The notes: generated by a model not told the origin, from the sequence alone. A stretch of 63,162 nucleotides of DNA, filler included, from Aduncisulcus paluster (GCA_024181965.1; 29 parts of 29 records of this genome joined end to end with filler, not necessarily neighbours in it); one strand, 5' to 3'. Positions 1 to 10,120 are shown, counted from the first letter of the whole stretch. Numbers and translations are program-made.

Positions 1-782
1 ACTTGGCGCAGGTTGCCGCCCAACTCCTGCCAGAGCACCATCAGCGGCTCGGGGTTGTTGAGGTCCGCCTTGCGCCGGATCGCGCCCATGCGGGAGAGGT
101 CGGCGGCACCCATCGCCGCAGGGGGCAGGGGAATGTCGCGCCAGTTCGCATCGCCAAAGTGCAGCGCCCGCCCGAAGTCTTCCAGCGACACGCGCTGCGA
201 GAAATCGAAGTCCACCAGATGCACGCGCGGCTTCGCACCAGTTGCCGGGTCGCGGTATTTGTCCTTGGAGTTCCAGCCGAAGGGGAAGCGGATATAGCGC
301 GCCGGGTCCGCCACGCCGGGGTCGGTGAGAACCTTGGCCGTCAGCCACGCCCGGATGCGGGCAATGTCGGCCCAGCCGTCCGCGTCGTCGCGCTCGACCG
401 CATCATTCAGCACCCAGCCCCACGTTTCGTTGCCCGGCGACGTCTCGATCTGGAAGGTGGGCGCAGGGAAGCCCAAGGCCAGCATCCCGGCCCACACGTC
501 CTTGTTCGCCTTCGTGCCAATGTCGTCCGCGATAATGAGCCGCTGGCGGATCACATGGCCGTTGCCGCGCTGCGGAGCGTTCGGGTCCATGACGCCGATG
601 CAGAAGTAGAAATCGCCCTCGGTCGATCCGAACCGTTCCAGCCGCTCGACGCCCATCGCGCCGGTCCAATCCCCGGACGCAATGTCGCGGAAGCCGCAGG
701 TCCAAATCTGGTTTTCGCTGCCGTAGATCGCGCGCAGGAAGTCGCGCGCTTTATCGGCTGCGCTCGTCGTATTATCTGCCAT
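1..782 (-). CDS. RepB-type DNA primase domain protein (3' partial, runs off window start; not in ORF track)
   Basis: Manual translation from ATG 782: MADNTTSAADKARDFLRAIYG...IIADDIGTK...PTFQIETSPGNETWGW...DPARYIRFPFGWNSK; DD, ETSPGN and RxxRxPxGxNxK motifs match the RepB primase family. Confidence 0.85.
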   Translation of the reverse strand, partial: MADNTTSAADKARDFLRAIYGSENQIWTCGFRDIASGDWTGAMGVERLERFGSTEGDFYFCIGVMDPNAPQRGNGHVIRQRLIIADDIGTKANKDVWAGMLALGFPAPTFQIETSPGNETWGWVLNDAVERDDADGWADIARIRAWLTAKVLTDPGVADPARYIRFPFGWNSKDKYRDPATGAKPRVHLVDFDFSQRVSLEDFGRALHFGDANWRDIPLPPAAMGAADLSRMGAIRRKADLNNPEPLMVLWQELGGNLRQ

Positions 783-858
783 TCGTTGCCCCGTGAAAGT
801 AAAGAGGGGTCAGTGCCCCTCGTGTCGTCTGACAAAACAGACAAGACAGGCTAGACCC

Positions 859-895
859 AAAAAACAGCCCCCGTCAACAACACTGACGGGGGCTG
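859..895 (-). terminator. Rho-independent terminator
   Basis: 12-bp stem CAGCCCCCGTCA/TGACGGGGGCTG with 7-nt loop, followed by T6 on the minus strand, downstream of the ORF ending at 935. Confidence 0.85.
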
Positions 896-934
896 GAAAT
901 GGCTCTCCGCCATTGAACTAACAAAACCAATCAC

Positions 935-1267
935 TTACGCCGAAGCCTTCTTTCTGGCCCCTAATTTTTTCTCCTTCTCCGCTTCGGCCTGAGCCTCGCG
1001 GCGCAGGCCCTCAAGCTGCTCCCACCCGTGGAAGGGCTTGAGCAAGGGCTTCTTTGAACGTCCGTCGCGCTGGATGCCGATCAGCCCGAGGAACACGCTC
1101 GGCGTGATCCGGCCATCGCGGGCCACGACTTCCGCCATCGCGATTGAAATCAGCGCGACGGCTTGGTCCACGGACTTGAAGTGTTCCGATCCCATGAGCG
1201 CGTTGTTCAGGATCGTCGCAATGTCCACCGCGTCCTGCCGTCTGATCGTGGGGTTGTCTCTAGGCAT
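935..1267 (-). CDS. Phage hypothetical protein (110 aa, MPRDNPTIRR...)
   Basis: ATG 1267 preceded by GGAGG; overlaps the stop of the upstream gene. Confidence 0.7.
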   Translation of the reverse strand: MPRDNPTIRRQDAVDIATILNNALMGSEHFKSVDQAVALISIAMAEVVARDGRITPSVFLGLIGIQRDGRSKKPLLKPFHGWEQLEGLRREAQAEAEKEKKLGARKKASA

Positions 1268-1670
1268 TTTTCCTCCGCTTGTTTTGACCCTGCAACCGCG
1301 CAAGGCCATTGATTTTCCTACGGGCTTCCGCACTCACGTCCTCGATTCCCGCAATGCCGTGTTCCGCAGCTTCTGCACCGCTCGCGAAAACTTCAACGGG
1401 CGGATCATAGGACCACACGGACCTGTGAAGGTTGGGCGAGGCGATCCGCAGCGCCAGAAGCTGATCGCGGTCATGCGCCATGAGCCAGCCGCCGCAGATG
1501 CACCCGTCTTGCTGGTGGCACATGAACACGCCCGGCGGCTGCGCCCACGTCTCCGCGTCGTAGCGGGGCAGCTTCTCGTATTCCTCGCGCGCCCAGATGC
1601 CCGCAGGCACGTCCTTGCGATAGGGGCAGGAGCCACAGGGCACTTTCGGGGGTTTCATCAGATCGGTCAT
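1260..1670 (-). CDS. DUF6283-like Cys-rich phage protein (136 aa)
   Basis: ATG 1670 with GGAGG RBS; PCGSCPYRKD...W...EYEKLPRYD...FMCHQ...ICGGW pattern; the longer track ORF to 2066 is a false extension. Confidence 0.75.
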   Translation of the reverse strand: MTDLMKPPKVPCGSCPYRKDVPAGIWAREEYEKLPRYDAETWAQPPGVFMCHQQDGCICGGWLMAHDRDQLLALRIASPNLHRSVWSYDPPVEVFASGAEAAEHGIAGIEDVSAEARRKINGLARLQGQNKRRKNA

Positions 1671-1681
1671 GCCGTCCTCCC

Positions 1682-2716
1682 TCACATGTTCACGGCCCGG
1701 CGAAGGTGCTCGGGCGAATGGTGGGCATAGTGCGCCGTTACCGTTTCGATGCTGTCGCCCAGCACCCCGGCAATGTCGAACATGGACACGCCGCGCTGCG
1801 CGCGCAGGGTCGCCCACGTCCGGCGCAGATCGTGGCGGGTCACGCCGCCGAAGTTGTGCTTGGTGCGGAAATACTCGAACGGGTTCCGCGTCGAGCCTTG
1901 ATGCCCGAGGACGAAGGGCGACGTCGGGTCGCGCCGGGCATAGAGGTCTTCGATCACCGGGCGCAGCCGATCCGAGATAGGCACCGGCACCCGGCGTTTC
2001 TTGGAGATTTTGCGCCCCGGCTCGCGGTAGTCGATCAGGCCGCGCGCGAGGTCCACGCGATCCCACGTCAGGCCCTGAATTGCGCCCGCGCGCGCCGCAG
2101 TCTCAAGCGCGATGCAGATGAAGTAACCGATCCGGCGGCGCGGGAACATTTCGTCCGGGTCCAGCGCGAGGCGCTTGGCCGTCTCGAACATGCGCCGCTC
2201 GTCGGCTTCCTCAAGGTAGGTTTCGCGCGGTTGGCTGGCGGGCGGCAGGTCCACCGACGGCAGCACCGTGCCCACCGGGATAAGCCCCTTCTTCGCCGCC
2301 CAAGACAGGACCGCGCGCAGCGCGCCCAACTCCCGGCGGATCGTGCCGTCCTTCACCTTGCGGCTGCGCATTTGGCGGTATCCCGCGACGCGGTGCGGCG
2401 TGACGTCCGCGATCAGGTCCGGCCCGAAGTAGTTTTTGATGTGCTGCAAAACCCACACTTGGGTCGCGCCAACGCCGTTCATGTCCACGTGATTGCGCGA
2501 ATACTGCTCGATCAGTTCCTCAATCGTGTGCGACAACGCCATGTTGTCCACGTGGCCCGCAGCGGTCAGCCACGTCTGCCGAACCTGCTCCGCAAGAGCA
2601 CGATCCTTTGTGCGGCACGAATAAGTTCGGGTGCGGACGATTCCGGCTGCGTCGCGTTCCGACCAGCGGATTTCGTAATAGCCGGTTTTCGAGCTGATGC
2701 CGAGACGGGTTTCCAT
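1682..2716 (-). CDS. int: Tyrosine recombinase (phage integrase)
   Basis: TAAR (Arg), HDLRRT (HxxR), C-terminal HYAH (Tyr); N-terminal arm-binding-like region. Confidence 0.93.
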   Translation of the reverse strand: METRLGISSKTGYYEIRWSERDAAGIVRTRTYSCRTKDRALAEQVRQTWLTAAGHVDNMALSHTIEELIEQYSRNHVDMNGVGATQVWVLQHIKNYFGPDLIADVTPHRVAGYRQMRSRKVKDGTIRRELGALRAVLSWAAKKGLIPVGTVLPSVDLPPASQPRETYLEEADERRMFETAKRLALDPDEMFPRRRIGYFICIALETAARAGAIQGLTWDRVDLARGLIDYREPGRKISKKRRVPVPISDRLRPVIEDLYARRDPTSPFVLGHQGSTRNPFEYFRTKHNFGGVTRHDLRRTWATLRAQRGVSMFDIAGVLGDSIETVTAHYAHHSPEHLRRAVNM

Positions 2717-2934
2717 CGGGTTTCCTTTCTATCGAGGTAGTCCAGCACTTCGGCGCGGGCGATCAGCACCGGCCTGCCGGGTTGGTATCGGAGTTCGCCA
2801 GCCTCGCGCAGCCGTTGCACCGTCTTCACGCTGCACCGCAGGAGGTCCGCGACTTCTTTCTGTGTGAGAAGTTGGTAGCGGGCAGCGACGCCCGCCGGGG
2901 TTTCATCGGTCGTTGTCGGCGCTGTCGTCGTCAA
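2566..2934 (-). CDS. xis: Excisionase-family helix-turn-helix protein
   Basis: LLTQKEVADLLRCSVKTVQRLREAGEL HTH, immediately upstream of and overlapping int. Confidence 0.8.
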   Translation of the reverse strand: MTTTAPTTTDETPAGVAARYQLLTQKEVADLLRCSVKTVQRLREAGELRYQPGRPVLIARAEVLDYLDRKETRWKPVSASARKPAITKSAGRNATQPESSAPELIRAAQRIVLLRSRFGRRG

Positions 2935-3442
2935 TCACTATCTCCCGTGTCGTCATTTTTCGCATCGGCACGGGAACGGGCTTTCCCGCGCTTGCGGCCC
3001 CCACGCCGGGAGAGGCTGCAACTATCGCCATGACCTGCGCGGCCACGGACGCGGGCAGCACCGCGTTGATTTGAAGGTGTGCCTGATCGGGGGTCGCTTC
3101 CAGCACCCGCATCGACATGGCTTCGGGCGCTCGCGCAGCGGTCCGCCCAATCAGATCGGGCGCGAGGTCAGCCGGTTCAATTCCGAAATAATCTGCGAGA
3201 AGAACAAGGTTGTCCGCCTGTGGCGAAGCCTTCTCTGCCTCCCATGCGCCAATTCTGTCCCTATTGCGCGCCACGGTATATCCGCGGCTATCAACTTCAG
3301 TTCCAAATATCTCTCGCGCCAGATCGCTTTTATTCAGTCCGGCAGCTTCTCTTAGTCTCGTCAAATTCAGTGAAAAACGTTTCGTCAATTCTACGTTCTG
3401 CGTGGCTTTTCTGTGCATTGGTCGGCCCTCCATCGGTGCCAT
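2903..3442 (-). CDS. XRE-family HTH repressor (CI-like)
   Basis: NLTRLREAAGLNKSDLA...IGAWE...P...NLVLLADYFGI; divergent from the Cro-like gene. Confidence 0.85.
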   Translation of the reverse strand: MAPMEGRPMHRKATQNVELTKRFSLNLTRLREAAGLNKSDLAREIFGTEVDSRGYTVARNRDRIGAWEAEKASPQADNLVLLADYFGIEPADLAPDLIGRTAARAPEAMSMRVLEATPDQAHLQINAVLPASVAAQVMAIVAASPGVGAASAGKPVPVPMRKMTTREIVIDDDSADNDR

Positions 3443-3706
3443 TTAACCCCCGGTCCATTAAGTCCGCTTCGGTAAGTTGATACTTAGGTGGTTTGTCTGT
3501 CTTGTCAACTATACAAACGGATAGTCCCGACAAGCGATCCAATGGCGCAACGCCCCGCACTTTCTCTTGAAGGCGATTCGCTCTGACACTATTGTCAATT
3601 TTGTAGGCCAGACAAAGCGCCTGCTTCCTAGATTGCCTCAAACTTCGGCAGGGTCTTAAAGCCCTGCCGCTTTTTAAGGCCAAGAACAATAAAGAGCGCG
3701 AGCACA

Positions 3707-4018
3707 ATGCAACAGCACCAAACTCTTAATCCCCAAAACCCGCCCGTTCATTGGAACGATACGATGATTCTTGAGGCAGCGGGACGCGCGCCTGATTCCG
3801 TGCGCAAACTCTTGCTTACTCATAGTCAAGGCGACCCGACTGATGATGCGGTCTATCAGTGGTGGAGCCGAAAGAAAATCCCTGACCATTGGCGGTCGCG
3901 GCTTGTCTATTGTCTTCTGCGTGAACAACGCATTGGCACTCAGAACCTGTTCCGGCGCGGTCCGGGGCGGCGGATGCACCAGACGCGCGGCGAGAACGCG
4001 GGCGCGCCGATCCGATGA
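3707..4018 (+). CDS. Cro-like small DNA-binding protein
   Basis: AVYQWWSRKKIPDHW motif; divergent from the repressor; ATGA overlap with the next gene. Confidence 0.6.
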   Translation: MQQHQTLNPQNPPVHWNDTMILEAAGRAPDSVRKLLLTHSQGDPTDDAVYQWWSRKKIPDHWRSRLVYCLLREQRIGTQNLFRRGPGRRMHQTRGENAGAPIR

Positions 4019-4548
4019 AACAGGGGTCCATCGCTCACACTGAAATCCTCGCGGTGGACCCCGGCTTTACCGGGGCGTTGGCTTGGCTCTCCTACGACCC
4101 CGAGACGGACACCGTGTCCGTCCGCGCGGTCGCGGACATGCCGCTGACCTACACCAAGGGCAGCGCCAAGCCCCAGATCGACCGCGACGCGCTGGTCAGC
4201 CTGTGCCAAAACCCGATCTACAATCCCACTCTCGCCATAATTGAGGAAGTCGGGGCCGCGCCGGGGCAGGGGGTCAGTTCCATGTTCCGCTTCGGATACG
4301 GCGCTGGCCTCGTCGCCGGGGTCTGCGCGGCGTCCGGCATGGGCGTCCGGCTGGTCCGTCCGCAGCACTGGCAGAAATGGGCGCGCAAACGTCCGGGCAA
4401 AGGCGCGGCCCGTGAACACGCTGTCGATTTGTTTAAAGACGTAGCGGACAAATTGAAACGGTCCAAAGATCACGGTCGAGCCGACGCGATCTTGATCGGC
4501 TACGCGCATATTTCCGAGCAACTTCAAAGGGTTCCGTTGACCCGGTAA
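4015..4548 (+). CDS. RuvC-like Holliday junction resolvase
   Basis: ILAVDPG, IIEEV, GVSSMFRFG, PQHWQK and DHGRADAILI acidic catalytic motifs. Confidence 0.85.
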   Translation: MKQGSIAHTEILAVDPGFTGALAWLSYDPETDTVSVRAVADMPLTYTKGSAKPQIDRDALVSLCQNPIYNPTLAIIEEVGAAPGQGVSSMFRFGYGAGLVAGVCAASGMGVRLVRPQHWQKWARKRPGKGAAREHAVDLFKDVADKLKRSKDHGRADAILIGYAHISEQLQRVPLTR

Positions 4549-4657
4549 AATTTTATTAGGAAGCACACAAATCTTGTTGACTTCAATCGCGGCAAAGTGT
4601 TTTGTCTAGTTTGTCAACTGCGACTGACAAACGGTCGCAGACACAGAGGCCCCGAGC

Positions 4658-5671
4658 ATGAAACCCCACGGATACCAACAGATCGGTATTGATTTCCTTG
4701 CGCCGCGCGCTTCCGCGATCCTTGCGGATGATGCGGGGCTGGGGAAGTCCATGCAGATGATCGGTGCCGCCAACAAGGCGGGCCATGCTCGCATCTTGGT
4801 TGAGTGCCCGGCCATTGGTCGCGTGTCGTGGGGGCTTCAATTCGAGACTTGGGACACGACCGGGCGTCCTGTCTACTTCTACCCGTTCGAGTCCGGGCGC
4901 AAAATCCCGAACGGCCCCTGCGTGATCGTCGTGACCTACGATTGGCTGTCGCGCGGTCGCAACCGGGAGAAGTTCATTCGCGCCCTGAACGCGGCGCAGC
5001 CCTTCGATCTGGCGATCTGCGACGAAGCCCACTACCTCAAGACGCCGACGACGGCCCGGACCAAAGCCACCTACGGCGCGCGGCTGGACCGCAAGAATTC
5101 GGTCACTGAACACGTCGCGGCGCTCTGGATTGCCTCGGCCACCCTCACGCCCAAACATGCGGGCGAGCTTTACACCCACATGAAAGCGATCCTGCCGGAA
5201 GTTCTGGTGGCCTTGTTCGGCGGGCAGATGCCCACCAAGCGCCAGTTCGAAGACCGCTATTGCATCGTCCGGCACGACGGCTTCGGCCTCAAGGTCGAGG
5301 GCAACAACCCCAACACCATCCCGCAGCTTCGCGATGCGATCCGGCCCCACCTTCTGATGCGTCGCAAGGTGGACGTCCTCAAAGACCTGCCGCCGATCCA
5401 GTGCGTGCCGCTGCCGTTCGAGGTTGCCGACAAGGATTTGAAAGCCGCTGCCATCGACGCGTTTTTCGCGGACGTGCCAGGGGGTGCATCCGACGACGAG
5501 TTTCTGACCCTCTTGGGCCAAGCCTTTGCCGACCCGGCCTATGCCGCCAAGCGCCGCGCGCTCGGGCTGGTGAAGGTCGCCCCGGCGGTGGAATGGATCG
5601 TGGATTTCCTCACCCAAACGAACCGCAAGCTGGTGATCTTCGCGCACCATCGCGACGTGATCGAGCAGGTC
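4658..5671 (+). CDS. SNF2-like SF2 helicase (3' partial)
   Basis: LADDAGLGKS (motif I), DEAH (II), SAT (III), RRKVDV, KLVIFAHH. Confidence 0.9.
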
Positions 5672-5771
5672 NNNNNNNNNNNNNNNNNNNNNNNNNNNNN
5701 NNNNNNNNNNNNNNNTTAATTAATTAANNNNNNNNNNNNNNNNNNNNNNNNNNNNNNNNNNNNNNNNNNNN
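5672..5771. other. Artificial contig-joining spacer (first of 28 identical 100-nt spacers)
   Basis: N44-TTAATTAATTAA-N44; also at 7155, 8542, 10021, 16630, 18006, 19578, 20716, 22723, 23938, 25156, 26805, 28390, 30726, 31999, 38752, 40631, 41911, 43695, 45006, 46494, 47874, 49271, 50505, 51871, 58878, 60039, 61990. Confidence 0.99.
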
Positions 5772-6315
5772 GAGTGTTCTGAACAAACACTACTGTTGTC
5801 ACCTCATCTCATCGTTTTCTGCAAATCCGCAGCTTATTCCTCTCATTTCGCCAAAATATGATGCTTTTGTGGCAAACTGTTGGGAATTCGCCAAGGATTA
5901 TGATGAGTCAGAAATAGTTGAGAAGTATTTTGAGAATTTAATGCAATTTTTGGTTCGGAAATCCACTGTTGGCATGAAGAGTCTCTTAACTTTTCCGTCT
6001 CGTTGTGTGCACAATTCTTCTTCGGACAGTATGTCACATGGTTTGTCTCTCAAGACATGTCTTATTGTGGAAATTCAGGATGGATTCGAGAAATCGTCCA
6101 AGTTTTATAATGTATTGACACGGAGTAGAATCCAAGCAGAACGGAGGCCTTTCAGGAATTCTTTGGATTCTGATATTTCTAGTTATCAAATATATTCACA
6201 TTCCACCGATATCAAGTGTATTTTACCTTCTTATCGTCATTTTTCGATGTCTTATGTTGATGAAAGAAGTTTGTACGATTCTTTTTATCGATATTTCGAA
6301 GATTCTGGGGGGTGA
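5772..6315 (+). CDS. C-terminal fragment of the expanded ARM-like helical repeat family
   Basis: Frame open upstream of the track start: LISSFSANPQLIPLISPKYD, matching LISIFSNDPSIIPHISPKYD (34273-37349) and LISYFSSVPSLIAHISPKFD (46594-47873). Confidence 0.65.
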
Positions 6316-6514
6316 GATTGAACGTATTTTTCATGAACAAAAACCAATAGAATTTGATAAATTCTGATTTACCAATACTTTGCTTTTAATTTGAAGTTTC
6401 TGTCGCTTTTGTAAAGTTATAAAATTAAAAAAAAACGAATTATAGATGATGACGATTATTTTCGCCATCGAAACTGAGTTTTTCCTCCTCATGGAGGGAA
6501 ATTGAATATGTTTA

Positions 6515-6789
6515 TTCTAAAAATAGATTTTCTAAAAATAGAAAAATGAAAAATGAATATCGTTATTTATTGTTTATATGTCCAAAAAATGTTAATTAAT
6601 TCGTAATTCTTTCGATAGAAAGTCAAAATAACGATTCGTTTTTCAGATGTTTTGTTTCATAACTTTTTGTTTATATTTCTTTACTTTTATCATTTTACTC
6701 GTATTAAATTCTTTTAAACATGTAATTCATGCATTATTTGACTGATTACTATTTTGAATAATCTATTTTTGGAATTTCTATTTTTAGAA
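6515..6789. repeat. 275-bp segment bounded by 28-bp inverted repeats (MITE-like or divergent promoter)
   Basis: TTCTAAAAATAGATTTTCTAAAAATAGA (6515-6542) vs reverse complement of 6762-6789, 25/28 identical. Confidence 0.5.
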
Positions 6790-7389
6790 CACCAGTAAAA
6801 AACTTCTTGATATTTTCCAAATTGCGCCATGTAAACAAGGTAATTATAGTGATTTAAAGCTTTTCTTCAGCGAGTTCTTATTTGTAATTTGTCAAAATAT
6901 TACGACAATTGATAGCCTAGGCCTGTTTTTACTATTTTTATTGTAATATTGATATCAACAAACCTTTCGATTCCAACCTTCCAGGAGAGAGATAGGCAAG
7001 TTGAGTGTCAAAGAAATGAATGGAAAAATGTGCAAGAATCTCACATTAGGACCATCTAACATGAAAAATTCATGAAGGATTCATGTCATGAATGTTTATA
7101 CAGATTTATTTCACCATATCTAATCGATTATCGATGATATAAATATTAATATACNNNNNNNNNNNNNNNNNNNNNNNNNNNNNNNNNNNNNNNNNNNNTT
7201 AATTAATTAANNNNNNNNNNNNNNNNNNNNNNNNNNNNNNNNNNNNNNNNNNNNAACAGAAGTTCCTTTTTCTCTCAATGCCAATGGCATTGACATGATG
7301 TTCAACAATCAACTTCAGCTTGAAATGAACTCTTCTCTCAAATTGTTCCAGTAAGAATAAAATCTTACATCAGAACCTTTCCACATCAC

Positions 7390-8541
7390 TCACTGACTCT
7401 GATCCCAACCTTCCTCATGCTCAACACCAGCAACACCACATCTCATTCCTTCAATGGTTCCAACAGAGCCACCATACTTCTTGCGTTGCTCACGGATAAT
7501 GGCTTCAATGCTTGGACAGTCATAGTCTTCGCCAATCGTGGGAAGGAAAGGTTTGATGCATTGGACTTTCACACGAGCTTCATGCACACTCATGCGTTTG
7601 TCAACATCAAGCAGAGTGAGACCTGTGAATACTTCATCAAATATTTTATGAACAGGTTCGTACTTGCCATCATCAATGGTCAAAAGGGTTTTGAAAAGGG
7701 GAGAACTGGAGAGCTTAGGGGTCAATCCATTGGTCAATAGAGAAGAGAGTTTCTTAACAAATAATACAGCATCTTCAATTCCTCTAAGAGTTGGATGACC
7801 AACGAAAGGTGGCAAGCACATGAACAGAGAGAGGATGGACATTCCCAAGGAGTGAGCATCACTGAGTTGTGATTGGAGACCTTCAACCAATGCTTCGTAC
7901 GAATTGAACACAAACGTTCCACACACAACACGACGCTCCTCCTTCTTACCTTTCTTTCGGGCCGGATCAGTCGAGACAATCTGTTGGGAAGATGTTGAAG
8001 AGGAGATGGAATCCTGGATCTGCACGAATCCAAGATCTGCAAGAACTATGGTGCATTTCTTAGAATCGGGATCAACACGAACAAGGAAGTTGTCAGGTTT
8101 AATGTCTCGATGCACAAGCTTTGGTTTAGCCTTAAACACATCAGCAAGACATTCGATCATTCCAACACATAATGAACACACTTTCACAGGGTTCAGTGTC
8201 ATGGGATCAAAATCCTTGTGATCGTCACTGTCAGAAGCAGAACTAGAGTCTGAGGGTTCACTATCATCAGCAGTATCATCAACACTCATATATTTGCCAT
8301 CAGCACACCAACGCTTGGCAAACGCACTCACACTGCCTCCAACACAGAACTCCATCAAGAAGCCATACACACCTTTCATATCACAATCAAGCAGGTCAAG
8401 GATATACAGAGGACGTGGGATACGGTTGAAACATTTGGGATTGTTAAACAACTTGAGTTGCACTTTAAACTCCTTCCGACACCCTTGCACAACAGTTTTG
8501 TCCGCAATCCGAAGCATCTTCTTCAGAACACATGGGAAAGG
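7390..8541 (-). CDS. Divergent Ser/Thr protein kinase (5' partial)
   Basis: VLKK, HRDIKPDN, DLG in place of DFG, GT..NS.EAL, SDAHSLG. Confidence 0.9.
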   Translation of the reverse strand, partial: PFPCVLKKMLRIADKTVVQGCRKEFKVQLKLFNNPKCFNRIPRPLYILDLLDCDMKGVYGFLMEFCVGGSVSAFAKRWCADGKYMSVDDTADDSEPSDSSSASDSDDHKDFDPMTLNPVKVCSLCVGMIECLADVFKAKPKLVHRDIKPDNFLVRVDPDSKKCTIVLADLGFVQIQDSISSSTSSQQIVSTDPARKKGKKEERRVVCGTFVFNSYEALVEGLQSQLSDAHSLGMSILSLFMCLPPFVGHPTLRGIEDAVLFVKKLSSLLTNGLTPKLSSSPLFKTLLTIDDGKYEPVHKIFDEVFTGLTLLDVDKRMSVHEARVKVQCIKPFLPTIGEDYDCPSIEAIIREQRKKYGGSVGTIEGMRCGVAGVEHEEGWDQSQ

Positions 8542-8641
8542 NNNNNNNNNNNNNNNNNNNNNNNNNNNNNNNNNNNNNNNNNNNNTTAATTAATTAANNN
8601 NNNNNNNNNNNNNNNNNNNNNNNNNNNNNNNNNNNNNNNNN

Positions 8642-10020
8642 TACTTGAACTTGGACTTGGTGGCTTGGATTCTGATGGACGACTCAAACTCAAACCATCA
8701 TCCCATTTTGGTTTTAACACAACACTTTGAATTGAAGCATCTTCCTCAACAATGCATCCAGAATCACCTTTATGCTTGGCAAGCTGAGCCTTCACAATAT
8801 CGTCAATGGATGGACATTCCCACCCTTCTCCAATCTTTGGAAGAAGAGGTTTGATGGATTGAACTTTCTCACAGGCTTCATGAACACTCATACGTTCATC
8901 AATGTCAACCTTTGTCAATCCTTCGAATATTTCATTCAGACAGGAATAAACAGGCTTGAACTTACCACCTTCAATGGTTTTTAGAGTTTTGAAAAGACGG
9001 GATTCACAGAGTTTTGGACCCATATCAGCCCGTATTAACCTTGACAATTGGGTGACAAATTCAATTTTGTCGATTCCTTGTAATACTGCCATTTGAAGGA
9101 AAGGATCCTGACCCTCGAAGACTGCGAACAGGGTCAGCCCGAGTGAGTAAGCATCGCTCTCTTGGCTTTGAATTCCTTTGAGAGCTTCACAAGAGTTGTA
9201 CACAAGCGTGCCACAGATGGAGCGTTTGGGTTTGGATTTGTGTTTAGCTTCAGTATCTTCAGACTTGGATATATCAACAAAGCTCTTGGAAGTCGTGGAA
9301 GAGGAGATGGAGTCTTGGATCTGAGCAAGACCAAGATCAGAGAGAACAATGGTACATTTCATGGAATCGGGATCAACACGAACAAGGAAGTTGTCAGGCT
9401 TAATGTCTCGGTGAATGAGGTCGGGCTTGGCTTTGAACACTTCGGAAAGACACTCGATCATTCCAACACACAATGCACTCACTCTCAGAGGATCAAGAGT
9501 CATGGGATCAATGCGAGTGGAGCTTGAGTCAGAGTCAGAGTCAGAGTCAGAGTCAGAGTCAGAGCTTGAGTCTTCAGATTCAACAGAGGAGCTTGAACAG
9601 CCACGTCCATACTTGCCTCCAACACACCAACTCCTGGAAAAGTCTTTCACACTGCCTCCAATACAAAACTCCATGCAAAACCCATACACGCCTTTGTAGT
9701 CCTCGTCAAGAAGGTCAAGAATGTAGATGGGGCGAGGGATACGGTTGAAACATTTGGGGTTCATGAACAGCTTCACTTGGACCTTGAACTCCTTGCGACA
9801 CGCTTTGAGCACGTTCTTATCACCAACTCGCACCAGTTTCTTCAGAACACATGGTTGAGAAACACCGTCAATACTCACAATGTAAACGGCACCGAACCCA
9901 CCTTTGCCACACGGACACAAGCACCTTAGAGCTGACGCAGAGGTGAGAGTCTTGTCGTCTTGTTTACGTTTGTGCCCAGGTTTCGAGGATTTTGAAGCTT
10001 TAGATGTAGATTTGTCTTTG
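8642..10020 (-). CDS. Divergent Ser/Thr protein kinase, paralogue of 7390-8541 (partial)
   Basis: GKGGFGAV, HRDIKPDN, DLG; shared KLF.NPKCFNRIPRP.YILD insert. Confidence 0.9.
9526..9563. repeat. (GAGTCA)n hexamer microsatellite encoding a poly-SD kinase insert
   Basis: Direct tandem repeat inside the kinase CDS. Confidence 0.9.
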
Positions 10021-10120
10021 NNNNNNNNNNNNNNNNNNNNNNNNNNNNNNNNNNNNNNNNNNNNTTAATTAATTAANNNNNNNNNNNNNNNNNNNNNNNN
10101 NNNNNNNNNNNNNNNNNNNN

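Larger units (their letters stand above)
1..5671. mobile_element. Prophage/temperate phage fragment from a co-sequenced bacterium (likely Alphaproteobacteria)
   Basis: Much higher GC than the rest of the window; dense overlapping ORFs with GGAGG RBSs; integrase-xis-repressor-cro-resolvase-helicase-primase gene content. Confidence 0.9.

Noticed and set aside
3..854. Long plus-strand ORFs in the phage contig (also 1706-2740, and minus-strand 4583-5650)
   Set aside because: Antisense shadows of primase, integrase and helicase in GC-rich DNA
4015..4548. TnpB/Cas-type RuvC nuclease
   Set aside because: Only 177 aa with standalone resolvase motifs; no zinc finger, guide array or IS context
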